Shown here: positions 22,941 through 32,463 of the stretch, in pieces
Layout of the letters: the number at the start of each line of letters is the position of its first letter
Numbering within the stretch: position 1 is the stretch's first letter
From: Alphaproteobacteria bacterium
Lineage (GTDB): Bacteria > Pseudomonadota > Alphaproteobacteria > UBA828
Direction: 5' to 3'
Length of the DNA: 64,000 nucleotides
Assembly: GCA_965221125.1 (NCBI GenBank)
Contig: CBDCRW010000004.1
Location: 992,001-1,056,000, forward strand
The notes under the pieces: model-generated
Databases searched by the model: none
The model's input: only the letters and a program-made list of their open reading frames with translations
Told to the model about the DNA's origin: nothing
Program-made: the position numbers and the translations under genes

Positions 22941-23372
22941 GGCGTTGACCGAAGGGGAGGTAGCCGTGCCGTTGAGGCCCCCCCAACAGATGAGTGAGTG
23001 TTTGCGAGTCGATTGTTGGCCCTGGTCGCTGTCCGAATCGTTCGGTCCCCTGGTTCGTTGACAGGCACACGGCGGCAGCGGCGTCCCCTCCTCGGGGACA
23101 CCCGCCCACCGCCCCGCTCAAGACAAGCTCTGACTATTCGAGGCGCATCGGCACGGGCACGAAATGTGAGATACGGAAAAACGGCGGGGAGCGAAGTCGC
23201 TGCCTGACGGTGCGCCCTCGCCGGAACGCTTAACCGCCGCCCCTTGTCACGGCCGAGCTCGCCCTCTCCACGACGCCAAGCAGGGTCTGGGGTGACGGTG
23301 GCGAGAAACTGCATTTGACGGGCGCTCTTCGTGCCGTATCGTGATCCGGCGTGGGCGAAGGAGCTATTGGCG

Positions 23373-23675
23373 ATGGCTACCTTGACGCGGGCGGATCTGG
23401 CGAAGGTTGTCAGCAAGGAGACGGGGTGGACGCAGCGCGACGGCAGGGCGTTCGTCGACGCGGCATTCGAAGAGATTATGGCGCGGCTTGAGGTCGGGGA
23501 GCCGGTAAAGCTCAGCGGCTTCGGCAGTTTCACTCTGCGTGACAAGACGGCGCGTCTCGGTCGCAACCCCCGTACGCTGGAGATGGCGCCGATAGCGCCG
23601 CGCCTCGCGGTGGTCTTTCGTGCTTCCCATGTTCTGAAGAGGCGGATCGACAACGGGATGTCGGTCTGCGAATAG
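23373..23675 (+). CDS. ihfA: Integration host factor alpha-like protein
   Basis: TLTRADLA, VKLSGFGSF, RLGRNPRT, VVFRASHVLK. Confidence 0.85.
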   Translation: MATLTRADLAKVVSKETGWTQRDGRAFVDAAFEEIMARLEVGEPVKLSGFGSFTLRDKTARLGRNPRTLEMAPIAPRLAVVFRASHVLKRRIDNGMSVCE

Positions 23676-23753
23676 GGCAGTTAGGAATTTGCAAGCGGTA
23701 CTGCTACAAGTGTGTGTGCTGCAGCTTCACTGGCTACGAGAAAGACTGCGATC

Positions 23754-24041
23754 ATGGACCAGGAAAAAACGACTTTGGTCGACCAAAGTACTCTCTCCAA
23801 GGGAGAGATTCGCAAGCTTAACGCGTTGCGCAAGTCCGTAGGCAATGAGATCGGCGACAAGGCATTCGCCGAATGGTTGACATCACATTCAGACAGGTCG
23901 AACGAGAGAGACCATAACGCCGACAAGATCATCGACATGCTGTGGCCTCTGGTTGAGGCAGGAGCAGTGAGGATTCCGCGCGGCGGCTACCTGCTCAGGC
24001 GCGGCCGCGGCAGGATAATCGTCGAGCCTCTGAAGGCATAG
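23754..24041 (+). CDS. Hypothetical protein (95 aa)
   Basis: Compact ORF with protein-like composition (GEIRKLNALRKSVG...GGYLLRRGRGRIIVE) directly after ihfA. Confidence 0.65.
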   Translation: MDQEKTTLVDQSTLSKGEIRKLNALRKSVGNEIGDKAFAEWLTSHSDRSNERDHNADKIIDMLWPLVEAGAVRIPRGGYLLRRGRGRIIVEPLKA

Positions 24042-24073
24042 CTCGTCTGGCCCCTGGCCTTAGAGCGCCGGCA

Positions 24074-24484
24074 TTGCTCTCCACTGACTACGGATGGAAC
24101 ATGAGCGAGCGGCGCTGGGGCGAGGCCCAAGCGGTGCATATGAAGCACCGCTTACTCGGCGAGGTTCCCGCCACTGGATCGTGGCTTGAGTTGAGGCTGC
24201 CAAGCGGTGGCGAGAGAGACACGGTGAAGGCCGGTGGCTTCGACATGAGCGATCCGGAGGCGCCCTTCACTCGGAACCACGGAGCCGGCTACCGCGCGGT
24301 ATACGACCTGGGAGATCCCGAGCGCTCGGTGTTCAGCGCCAGCACGGGCAAGTCGGGCAACCCGCTGTCCTCGCATTGCGAGGACTTCGCCGAGCCCTGG
24401 CGTGACGGTCGCTATCTGCCCATGCTCACCGATCATGCCCGCCTTGAGGATGCCATTGGCACTCTGAATCTTCGTCCCCGGTAA
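24074..24484 (+). pseudogene. Duplicated 3' fragment of the penicillin acylase gene
   Basis: Aligns residue for residue with the last ~135 aa of 4639-7068 (NHGAGYRAVYDLGD, EDFAEPWRDGRYLPMLTD); no catalytic region. Confidence 0.88.
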
Positions 24485-24630
24485 CGTCGCGGAGCAGGTG
24501 TGCGATGTGCGATGTGCCTCGCGCGGAGCAGCGGCCGCTGGTTCCGTCCGAGATTCGCCGCGGCGGCCACCCATATGTTCGACGATCCCTTCGAACCAGC
24601 ACGCGACGCAGGAGGAATGCGGTCAGCCTC

Positions 24631-25785
24631 CTACTCGTCGGGGACAGCCTCGCCGCGGAAGTCCATGTGCTCCAGCACCGCGTGACCCTTGGCAGTTACG
24701 CGCCGGCCCTCGTGATCGAGGTCGATCTCGAGCCCGGAGGCGAAGCGCGTGTACCACCAGTGGTAGTTCGCGTCGCTGTCGAAAATGAAGGACGAGATCG
24801 CCTTCTCGCCGGCAAAGCGCACTGATCCCTTGTCTTCGACGGTGAAAACGATGTCGCTTCCGATCGTCTTGCCGGTGTCGGGCTGCGCCGCCGTCGCCAG
24901 CTCCTGAAACCCGACCGCCGGGCCCAGCTCGGCGACCAGAACCCCCGTCTCGTCCGCCACGTAGACGTTCCGCAAGTCAACGCCGTTGTTGAGCCGCACC
25001 GACGCGGCGACGGCAGTGTAGCCGCCGGCCTCGCCCCGCGCCCAGTGCCAGTCCTTCACCAGCACCGACATCGGCACGTTGCCCCAGTTGTGGTCGTGAT
25101 AGCCCGCGCCCGCCACTTCGTGTGTCACCGAGTCGACCGTCACCGTGCCGCTCAGAGCGCCATTGGGGACCGCACACAACCAGCGGAAGTAGGGCCCATC
25201 GGGGTTGCTTCCGTCATCGGGTCCGGGGCTGTAGCTCGGCACCTTGCGGTCCAGTTGAAGGTGAAGGCCGTAGCCGCCGTTGGTCTTGGGGTCGATGAAG
25301 AGCTCGTAGCGGTTCAACCCGTCCAGCGAGCGGATGAAGTGCCGGCCGATCCCGACGTCGCAGATCGCGCGACTGTATCGCGTTTGCGAGGCCTCGAACC
25401 GAATCTTGCGGTCGAGGAGCACTTCGTCGTCCGTGGCGAAGTTGACAGTGATGTAGGGCTGGAGCACGCCATTCCCGTCGAGTTCCAGATGCCAGGAGGC
25501 GACGAAGGTCACGCCGTTCGAGAGATGTCCGTCCGCGTACCACCATTCGAACTGGCCAGGGGCGAACTTCTCCGGATCCAGCCTGAGCGCATCGGCCCAG
25601 GCTTGCGGATCGCCGGGCTCGCTGCCGTAAAAAGTGAAGCCCGGCGGCATATCCTGAGCGAGCCCGATGCTCGGCGGAAAGAGCATCGAACATGCGACCG
25701 CGGCGGTGAATCCACGTCTGGTCAAGGTAAAGGGCGCAGTAGATGGTGCCGAGACAGCGGTCTTCATTTCTTGTGCATTCCTCAT
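24631..25785 (-). CDS. Tat-exported AttH/CrtC-like beta-barrel protein
   Basis: LTRRGF twin-arginine leader; FEWWYADG, GYHDHNWG, WHWARG motifs of the CrtC / tocopherol-cyclase / lipocalin-like clan. Confidence 0.7.
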   Translation of the reverse strand: MRNAQEMKTAVSAPSTAPFTLTRRGFTAAVACSMLFPPSIGLAQDMPPGFTFYGSEPGDPQAWADALRLDPEKFAPGQFEWWYADGHLSNGVTFVASWHLELDGNGVLQPYITVNFATDDEVLLDRKIRFEASQTRYSRAICDVGIGRHFIRSLDGLNRYELFIDPKTNGGYGLHLQLDRKVPSYSPGPDDGSNPDGPYFRWLCAVPNGALSGTVTVDSVTHEVAGAGYHDHNWGNVPMSVLVKDWHWARGEAGGYTAVAASVRLNNGVDLRNVYVADETGVLVAELGPAVGFQELATAAQPDTGKTIGSDIVFTVEDKGSVRFAGEKAISSFIFDSDANYHWWYTRFASGLEIDLDHEGRRVTAKGHAVLEHMDFRGEAVPDE

Positions 25786-26197
25786 CGTCCAATTGCGAGT
25801 CAGGTCCCCACGTCAAGGACGGGACAGGGGCATGTGATGGGCTCGTATCAGCAAGTCAGAAGGCCAACAAGAGCAGTCTCCCGAAGCCTTGTGCGGGGCG
25901 GCCCCGTATCGTCGGGCGAATCCCGAATCCACGAACTCCTGCCCTGAAACTTCGACCCGGCGTCAAGCTGAAAACCAAGATGGTGCTCTCGCACCGGTCT
26001 TACCGAGTATCCGGTGCCGAGCGAGAAGCGGAACGCCGTCACCGAACCCACCGACGCAAACATGAAGAGCCGCTGCCGGCAGGGGCCGTTTCCCGTCGAG
26101 GCGCAAACCCCGTACGCTTGCGGTCCAACGGTTCCGTGTCGGCCCAGTGCTTCAACCCCTTGGGCACCCGCGGCACGACCGAATCCCCGAGTTTCGC

Positions 26198-27112
26198 TCA
26201 GGTAGAATCGGAGGCGGATGCGCCTCGTGGGAAACACTCGTCGACTTCGTCCTGCAGCCAGGCACGGAAGGCGGCAACCCCAGGTTGGCGGAGCCGAGAC
26301 CTGGGCACCCGCAGCCAGTACCCGCAGCCGTTCTGCATGCTCCCCGCAATCGGGCGCACCAGGCGACCGCTGGCCAGATCATCATGGGCGACGGCAGTGT
26401 TGGTGAGCAGCAGCCCCTTCCCGTTGCGTGCGGCCTCCAGGATGAGCGCCGTCGAGAGGTGCAGGCCCTGCATGTCGTCGAAGGCGCTGTTCAGCTTCAC
26501 CGCCGCTGCAAAGCTCTTCCAACCCGGCCAGTGCGCGGTTTCCGGGATGCCCTTGCGGTGCAGAAGCGTGACTTCGGCGAGACTGCAGCCCTGCGCGATG
26601 CGCTGGCCCAGCTCCGGACTGCACACCGGAAATATCTCCTCGTCCGTGAGCTTCTCGACGACGAAGCCCTCGGCGGGCGTGGGTCGACCGTAGTCGATGC
26701 TCAGGTCCGCCGAAGGCGGAGACACGTCGCCGCACGTCCACTTGTCCTCAATGGTCACTTCGGACTGAAGACCGAAACGGTCGATGCGAGGAATCAGCCA
26801 GGCCGACGCGAACATCGGCGGACAGAAGATACTCAGCCGGTCGCGTGGGCGCCTCTTGCCCAGGCCCTCGACAGTCTTGGCGATTTGGGAAAATGCGGCC
26901 TGCAGTTCTCGTTGAAGACGCTCACCGGCATCGGTCGGATGCACACCACGATGGTCCCGGGTTAGCAGGGCGGTATCCAGTTCGACCTCGAGGCTCTTGA
27001 TCTGGCGGCTGACGGCGCCGGGTGTGACGCGCAGCTCGCAGGCCGCCGCAGCTATGGAGCCCTTGCGAACCGCAGTCTCGAAGCTGCGTAACAAATTGAG
27101 CGACGTTCTCAT
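26198..27112 (-). CDS. LysR family regulator (GcvA-like)
   Basis: SLNLLRSFE...AACELRVTPGAVSRQIKSLE; PPMFASAWLIPR; DDLASGRLVRP. Confidence 0.93.
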   Translation of the reverse strand: MRTSLNLLRSFETAVRKGSIAAAACELRVTPGAVSRQIKSLEVELDTALLTRDHRGVHPTDAGERLQRELQAAFSQIAKTVEGLGKRRPRDRLSIFCPPMFASAWLIPRIDRFGLQSEVTIEDKWTCGDVSPPSADLSIDYGRPTPAEGFVVEKLTDEEIFPVCSPELGQRIAQGCSLAEVTLLHRKGIPETAHWPGWKSFAAAVKLNSAFDDMQGLHLSTALILEAARNGKGLLLTNTAVAHDDLASGRLVRPIAGSMQNGCGYWLRVPRSRLRQPGVAAFRAWLQDEVDECFPRGASASDST

Positions 27113-27389
27113 CACCGATCTCGCGAAGTGGCACTGGCATGGGCAGACTCCACCAAGGCTCACCACAGTTCAAGTGAGCAAACAGTGAACATGTCGGATG
27201 GCTGCGCTTGCCTATGGCGCATTCTTCGGCAGTTGCCGATCCCAACGATCACCGCAAGGGTGGAGCTCGGTCTACATGGTCGGCGGCACAGAGCGCGTCG
27301 AATGAAGTTTGGCCGGCACGCGACCACCCGGAGCGACACTCGAACCGAGGCCTGCGAGGTGCGGTGCCGGTGATCGCTGGCATATGGGA

Positions 27390-27464
27390 TTGAGTTTTTC
27401 TCAACGATGTTCGACATTTTCTCAATAATTGAGTATTTCTCAGGTGTTGTTGAGTTTAATTCGC
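27390..27464. promoter_or_regulatory. Array of four LysR-type boxes (TTGAG-N5-CTCAA)
   Basis: ttgagtttttctcaa 27390, tcgacattttctcaa 27411, ttgagtatttctcag 27429, ttgagtttaattcgc 27450; core fits T-N11-A; lies in the divergent lysR/tadG gap. Confidence 0.8.
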
Positions 27465-27592
27465 TTGCAACTTTGCCCCGCTCGTGTATTTGGTGAGCCC
27501 TGCACATAAATATCGGGGCACCTTACGACATGGTTGCGGGCTGCCTTCGCCGCGTCACGCGAACGAGCGCTGTCATCATCCAGCCGGCCGGC

Positions 27593-29224
27593 ATGCGCTT
27601 GCGAATCTCGAACTTCCTTCGCGATATCCGGGGCGGAGCCACGTCGTTCGCTGCGATCTTTATCGCCGTGATGACGGTTGGCGCAGCTGCACTTATCGTC
27701 GACCACAACTGGCTCGTCGATCAGCGCGACACGTTGAAGTACGCCTCGGACGCCGCGGCGATCGCGGCAACCATTGAGATGACGCGGCCGGGGGTCCAGA
27801 GCAAGAACGATATCGAGTTGAAAGCTCATCTCAGACAGGTCGCCGAGGGCCATGCGTTGCTTAACCTTTCGCACTTGTCCGGGGACCGGCTCAAGACGGC
27901 GAAGGACAGCTTGGACGTGAAGGTCGAGCCGTATCGCGACTCGAACACCGTGGACGTAACCGTCTCGGCGGATCTCGGCGGCACGCTCTTCTCGCGCCAC
28001 CTTCCGATCATGGGCAATAGCAAGGGGCCCGAGAAGGTCCGGGTGGACGCCAGGGTGGAGGGCACGAGCGATCCCGTCGAAGTGGTGCTCGCCATCGATA
28101 TCAGCAAGTCCATGCAGTGGACGTTGGACGCGAAGCGACCCAAAGCAGGCGAGAGCGCCAGTCGTATGGAAATCGTGAAGGGGGCGGCAAAGTCACTGGT
28201 GGATATCCTGGGCCCCAACGCTGAGAACCGGATAGCCGTGGGCCTGGTCCCCTGGCAGGCCCAAGTGCGTCTCGACAGCGCCACCCGGGTCAAGTGGTCG
28301 ACTGAGGGTTGGGCGGCGCGCCCGATTAGTCGCTACTACGGTGCAAAATATGGCTGCAAACCTCTGGGAACTTGTCGCGCGCAGAAGGAGACCCGGGTCC
28401 TGCCGCGCGCACCTCAAACAGAAGAGTGGAGTGGTTGCCTGGACGAGCACCGTGTCGACGGTGGACTCGCGAATCTGCCAGCCAAGACTGACTACAAGAC
28501 TGACCTTATAAGCCTCCCCGGAAAAAGTGCGTTTGCTCAGGGAATCTACGCTTCGCATTACGCCTACGGCATCGATTGCCCGCAGCGTCCCCTGCCGCAG
28601 GATTTCAACTGGCAATACTGTTATGGCACCAGCACGATAACTGGAGACGACGCCTGGAATATTATCCCAGTTGGTCCCCAGTATCTCTGTGAGAACGACC
28701 CTGGGTCCATTCTCCCGCTGACTACGGATGCATCGGGCCTCGTGTCCGCAATCGAAAACCTCAAGCCGGTCGGATCCGGCACCTACTCTGCGTTGGGCTT
28801 GCTGTGGGGGCAACGGCTTCTCACCCACAGCTGGAAAGACGTCTGGGGCGATAGCGTCCATCCTGTGGATCCGGAAGCGGAGGGGAGCACCGGCGCGCGC
28901 AAGGCGATCGTGCTTCTTACTGACGGCGAGGACTCCCAGTGTAGCCTACGTGATCCGACATGCGACAAGACTGACGTCGGCATCGCCCGAGAGGACGCGT
29001 GCGAGCATGTGAAGGCTGCCGGGATCGAAATCTTCGTCATCGCCGCAATGCAACCGGACAAGGTGTCTGAAACGCTGGGAAAGTCGTTGAGCGCTTGCTC
29101 GAGCCAGAAGCCCGACGACCCCAACAGCAAGTATGTGTTCCTTAACAACACGACCCCTGAAGACTTGGAAACAGCGTTCGCAGATATCGCGAACCAGCTC
29201 AAGGTATTCCGGCGCGTCTACTGA
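27593..29224 (+). CDS. TadG-like pilus-associated protein with vWA domain
   Basis: Pilin-like N-terminal helix (DIRGGATSFAAIF...DAAAIAA), MIDAS DISKS, KAIVLLTDGE, AFADIA; many Cys. Confidence 0.88.
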   Translation: MRLRISNFLRDIRGGATSFAAIFIAVMTVGAAALIVDHNWLVDQRDTLKYASDAAAIAATIEMTRPGVQSKNDIELKAHLRQVAEGHALLNLSHLSGDRLKTAKDSLDVKVEPYRDSNTVDVTVSADLGGTLFSRHLPIMGNSKGPEKVRVDARVEGTSDPVEVVLAIDISKSMQWTLDAKRPKAGESASRMEIVKGAAKSLVDILGPNAENRIAVGLVPWQAQVRLDSATRVKWSTEGWAARPISRYYGAKYGCKPLGTCRAQKETRVLPRAPQTEEWSGCLDEHRVDGGLANLPAKTDYKTDLISLPGKSAFAQGIYASHYAYGIDCPQRPLPQDFNWQYCYGTSTITGDDAWNIIPVGPQYLCENDPGSILPLTTDASGLVSAIENLKPVGSGTYSALGLLWGQRLLTHSWKDVWGDSVHPVDPEAEGSTGARKAIVLLTDGEDSQCSLRDPTCDKTDVGIAREDACEHVKAAGIEIFVIAAMQPDKVSETLGKSLSACSSQKPDDPNSKYVFLNNTTPEDLETAFADIANQLKVFRRVY

Positions 29225-29332
29225 ACTCCGGCCGGGTTGCGGCACCGACGGCCGCACCCACAATCGACGTATGCTACAAGTGCCGGTGCCGGTGCGATTT
29301 CCGGCAAGGAGACGGAAACGCCGGTGCCTCGA

Positions 29333-30538
29333 TCAGTCCGGAATCCGGCCCAGTTGCGAGAGATCCGGAGGCCGTTCGACCAGGTATTCGTAGACGGCCA
29401 TGCTGCAGGTCGCCCACCAGCCGCCCTCCGCACCCGTGGCGCGGCTTGCGGCCACCTCTACCCCACGGTTCAAACCCTCCTCTACGGTCTCCTTGATTGC
29501 AGCCATGTAGGAGGGCGCCAACGCGAGAGGGCCGGCCACCACCACCATCTCGGGCCTCACGAAGTTTCCGTACTGTACGACGAGGCGGCCGAGCTCGCGT
29601 CCGGCGCGGGTCATCTGCGCAGCGACCGGCGGGTCTCCCGCCCGGTCACGCTCGATGGTATCGCCGAGGGCGTCATTGAGTGCCGAGAGCGGCAATCGAG
29701 CCAGGCTGCCGCCTTGCAGACGGCGAAGGATGCCAAGGCCGCTGGCATGATCGTCCAGTGTCCCTTCGGTGCCGTCCTCTCCGATCACCGTCATCATGCC
29801 AATCCCGCCGGTAGGAAAGCCGCTGCTGTCGACCACGCGCCCGTCAATCAGCACCGCCGCACCGATTCCCGATCCGCACAGCAGCCCGAGCACATTGCGC
29901 CGCCCCCGTGCCACACCGAAAAGCATCTCCACCCGGGCGACGCTGTCCGTAAACATTCGCACCTGCATCGGCACATTGAGCAGATCGGCAAGCTGTGCCC
30001 GTATCGGCACGGGCCCCCATCCGAGATAGGGACAGTGCGTGATGCTTCCTCGCGCGGAATCCAGCACGGCCGTAACCATGAGGAGGCCGCCGAAAAGACG
30101 GCTGCGATCCTCAAGATGCACGCCGATCATGCGCCGGCTCTCCTGCGCAATCTTCCGGATGACCCTGTCTGGGTCCTCAATGGGCTCGATGGTGAACTCG
30201 GAGCCGGCGATGATGTTCCCCCCGATGTCCGACAGCGCCACGGTCTGGATCACTGGCGTGATGGCGATACCGAGCACCTGCCCGCCTTGCGGGTCGATCT
30301 TCAGGGGTTGGAAGCGCCGGCCTCTCGTCGATGGCCGCGCGCCAGGCGCTTCCATTTCCTCCTGCGCCAGACCGGAGTCGATCAGCGCACGGGCTGTGCG
30401 CGAAATCGTCGACGGGTCCATCTCAAGCCGGGACGCGATGCGCCTTCGTGTTACCGGTCCCGTCAGCAGGACTTCCCTGAGGGTCGCTCGCAAGGCCCCG
30501 CCGACCGTACCGCCGGGGTTCGGTTGTTCATCCGCCAT
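29333..30538 (-). CDS. ROK family transcriptional regulator
   Basis: N-terminal HTH (TRRRIASRLEMDPSTISR, STRGRR), GSGIGAAVLIDG, GGIGMM; metal-binding Cys motif absent. Confidence 0.88.
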   Translation of the reverse strand: MADEQPNPGGTVGGALRATLREVLLTGPVTRRRIASRLEMDPSTISRTARALIDSGLAQEEMEAPGARPSTRGRRFQPLKIDPQGGQVLGIAITPVIQTVALSDIGGNIIAGSEFTIEPIEDPDRVIRKIAQESRRMIGVHLEDRSRLFGGLLMVTAVLDSARGSITHCPYLGWGPVPIRAQLADLLNVPMQVRMFTDSVARVEMLFGVARGRRNVLGLLCGSGIGAAVLIDGRVVDSSGFPTGGIGMMTVIGEDGTEGTLDDHASGLGILRRLQGGSLARLPLSALNDALGDTIERDRAGDPPVAAQMTRAGRELGRLVVQYGNFVRPEMVVVAGPLALAPSYMAAIKETVEEGLNRGVEVAASRATGAEGGWWATCSMAVYEYLVERPPDLSQLGRIPD

Positions 30539-31484
30539 GTGAAAGGTTCCTACCGGCGCGGCCGCTTATCCGCGTGACTCTGCCCCCCCCCCCCCCCCGA
30601 GGGAAGCAGGCTGCGAACTCGCCCTTGATCCATTCGCGGAATGCCTGGACTTCGGGCCGATTGTGAGCGGCTCTGTCCATCAACAGACCGTAGCTTTCCT
30701 CGACCCTCATGCTCTCGGCAATCGGGCGCACGAGCCGGCCCGAGGCGAGGTCGTCAAGAGCCATCGCGTCGTTGGCGAGCATGACGCCCTTGCCTCTGCG
30801 TACGGCATCGAGCAGCAAGGCGGGGGTCAGACGAGGGCCGTCTCTCAACTCTGAGCTGTCCAGGCCCACGGCCTCGATGAACTCCGGCCAGCCGGGCCAT
30901 CCCCAAGAATTCCCGACGGTCTCATAGTGCAGAAGGGTAGCCCCGGCCAGACCGTCGCGTCCACAGATTCCGGGGCAGCAAACGGGAAACACCTTCTCGG
31001 CGGCACTTAGGCGCTCGGCGATCACGCTCGGACCCTCTTCCAGACGTCCCCACGAGATGACGAGGTCGATGCTCCTTGTCGTGCCCATCTTCTCGGCCGA
31101 ATCGATGAGAATGATCTCGGTGTCCGGTCTCTGCTCGCTGAACCTGTCGAGTCGCGGCAGCAGCCAGCAAGAAGCGAACATCGGTGGCACCATGGCGCGC
31201 AGCCTGGCACCGCGCGCCGGCCGCTTGAGGCGGTCGATGGCCTCGTCGATGCAGGAAAAGACATCCTCAAGCCCTTTTTCGAGCTCTCTGCCGTCCGCGG
31301 TGAGTCGCATGCAGCGTCCGTCCCGGACAAGGAGGGCCAGGCCGACGTTCTCCTCGAGGCTCTTGATCTGGCGGCTGACGGCGCCGGGCGTAACGCCGAG
31401 CTCGCGGGCTGCGGCGGTTACGGAGAGGGTTTGCGCGACGGCGTGGAAGGCTCTGAGGGCGTTGAGCGAGGTCGTCGTCGTCAT
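30528..31484 (-). CDS. LysR family regulator (GcvA-like), paralog of 26198-27112
   Basis: SLNALRAFHAVA...ARELGVTPGAVSRQIKSLE; PPMFASCWLLPR; DDLASGRLVRP. Confidence 0.93.
   Translation of the reverse strand: MTTTTSLNALRAFHAVAQTLSVTAAARELGVTPGAVSRQIKSLEENVGLALLVRDGRCMRLTADGRELEKGLEDVFSCIDEAIDRLKRPARGARLRAMVPPMFASCWLLPRLDRFSEQRPDTEIILIDSAEKMGTTRSIDLVISWGRLEEGPSVIAERLSAAEKVFPVCCPGICGRDGLAGATLLHYETVGNSWGWPGWPEFIEAVGLDSSELRDGPRLTPALLLDAVRRGKGVMLANDAMALDDLASGRLVRPIAESMRVEESYGLLMDRAAHNRPEVQAFREWIKGEFAACFPRGGGGGRVTRISGRAGRNLSHGG
30583..30598. repeat. C16 homopolymer in the LysR 3' end
   Basis: 16 consecutive C, encoding the RGGGGG tail. Confidence 0.9.
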
Positions 31485-31500
31485 GGTTGCCCGCCGATCG

Positions 31501-31617
31501 TTGAGTTTTTGTAAACATGTTCTTGAGAATTTCTCAACCTTTGAGCCCAGATCAATGCCATGTTGAGTTTTTCTCCAGTATTGACTTTATATCAATGCCT
31601 TATTGAGAATTATTCGT
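31501..31617. promoter_or_regulatory. Array of six LysR-type boxes with 40-bp period
   Basis: Boxes start at 31501, 31523, 31541, 31563, 31581, 31603 (spacing 22/18/22/18/22); ttgagaatttctcaa at 31523 is a perfect dyad. Confidence 0.85.
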
Positions 31618-31684
31618 TTGTGTTTCGCTGCGACTTGCGGCATTTGGGTTCACCACGCACCGCAAGCTGTAGCATGAGCACAGC

Positions 31685-32302
31685 ATGAACGCCAGTCCAG
31701 TCGACAGTCTCCGGGAGACCGGTGGGAACGCCAAGGTAAGGCGGACCGCAGCCGAGTCTGCCTGTTCACGGCTGCATTTTCATGCGCCTGCGGGTCTGCT
31801 GCGGAGCCTGCATTCCTTTCTTTGCGCGCGCGGCGGTGGCGGCGCCATCGAGTCGGCGATCGCGATTGCGGTGCTGGTCACGGTCTTCGCCGGCCTCATG
31901 GCGATCGCTCATGCCGCCTACGAGGACGACAGGATGGGCCGTGCGGCGCGTGCGGCCGCCCGCGCCGTAGCCCTTGTGACCGATACCACGGCGTCCCAGC
32001 CCACGCTGGACGCGGTCGCCTGCACGGCGATCAAGAACGAGCTCGCCCTCGTCGACGGCTTCGACTGCAAGACGTGGGACGTCACGGTGAAAGCCGGCCT
32101 GACGGCGTCTGCGCTCTCAACCGGCCTGACGGCGTCTGCGCTCTCAAGCGGCGCCAACACCGCGGGCAACAGCGGCGACATGATCCTGGTCACGATCGAC
32201 GGTTGGGAGCGGGCGCCCTGGGTGACGGAGGTGCGGAAGCTCGACGACCCGGAAGGCCGAGTCGCCACAGGCGTCGCCCGCCGCGAGCCGACGGACACGT
32301 GA
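31685..32302 (+). CDS. TadE-like pseudopilin
   Basis: RGGGGAIESAIAIAVLVTVFAGLM...AARAAARA; contains a 27-bp tandem duplication at 32094-32147. True start may be downstream. Confidence 0.8.
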   Translation: MNASPVDSLRETGGNAKVRRTAAESACSRLHFHAPAGLLRSLHSFLCARGGGGAIESAIAIAVLVTVFAGLMAIAHAAYEDDRMGRAARAAARAVALVTDTTASQPTLDAVACTAIKNELALVDGFDCKTWDVTVKAGLTASALSTGLTASALSSGANTAGNSGDMILVTIDGWERAPWVTEVRKLDDPEGRVATGVARREPTDT

Positions 32303-32463
32303 GCGCTGTCATGATCAACGCGCGCGCACTCTTCGGGTCCATGCCGGCATTCCTCGGCCGGGTGTCGCGCGCCCTGGTCCTCCCGGCCGAGTCGCGTGCG
32401 CGAGCCGGCGACGCGCGGCCAAGCGCTGCCCCGCCGGACTCGTTCCTGAGGCCGGCTCCTCTC

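Noticed and set aside
31501-31617. Periodic repeats as a possible mini-CRISPR
   Set aside because: Units are 15-bp degenerate dyads with 3-7-bp gaps, no spacer-sized unique sequence and no cas genes; they fit operator boxes.
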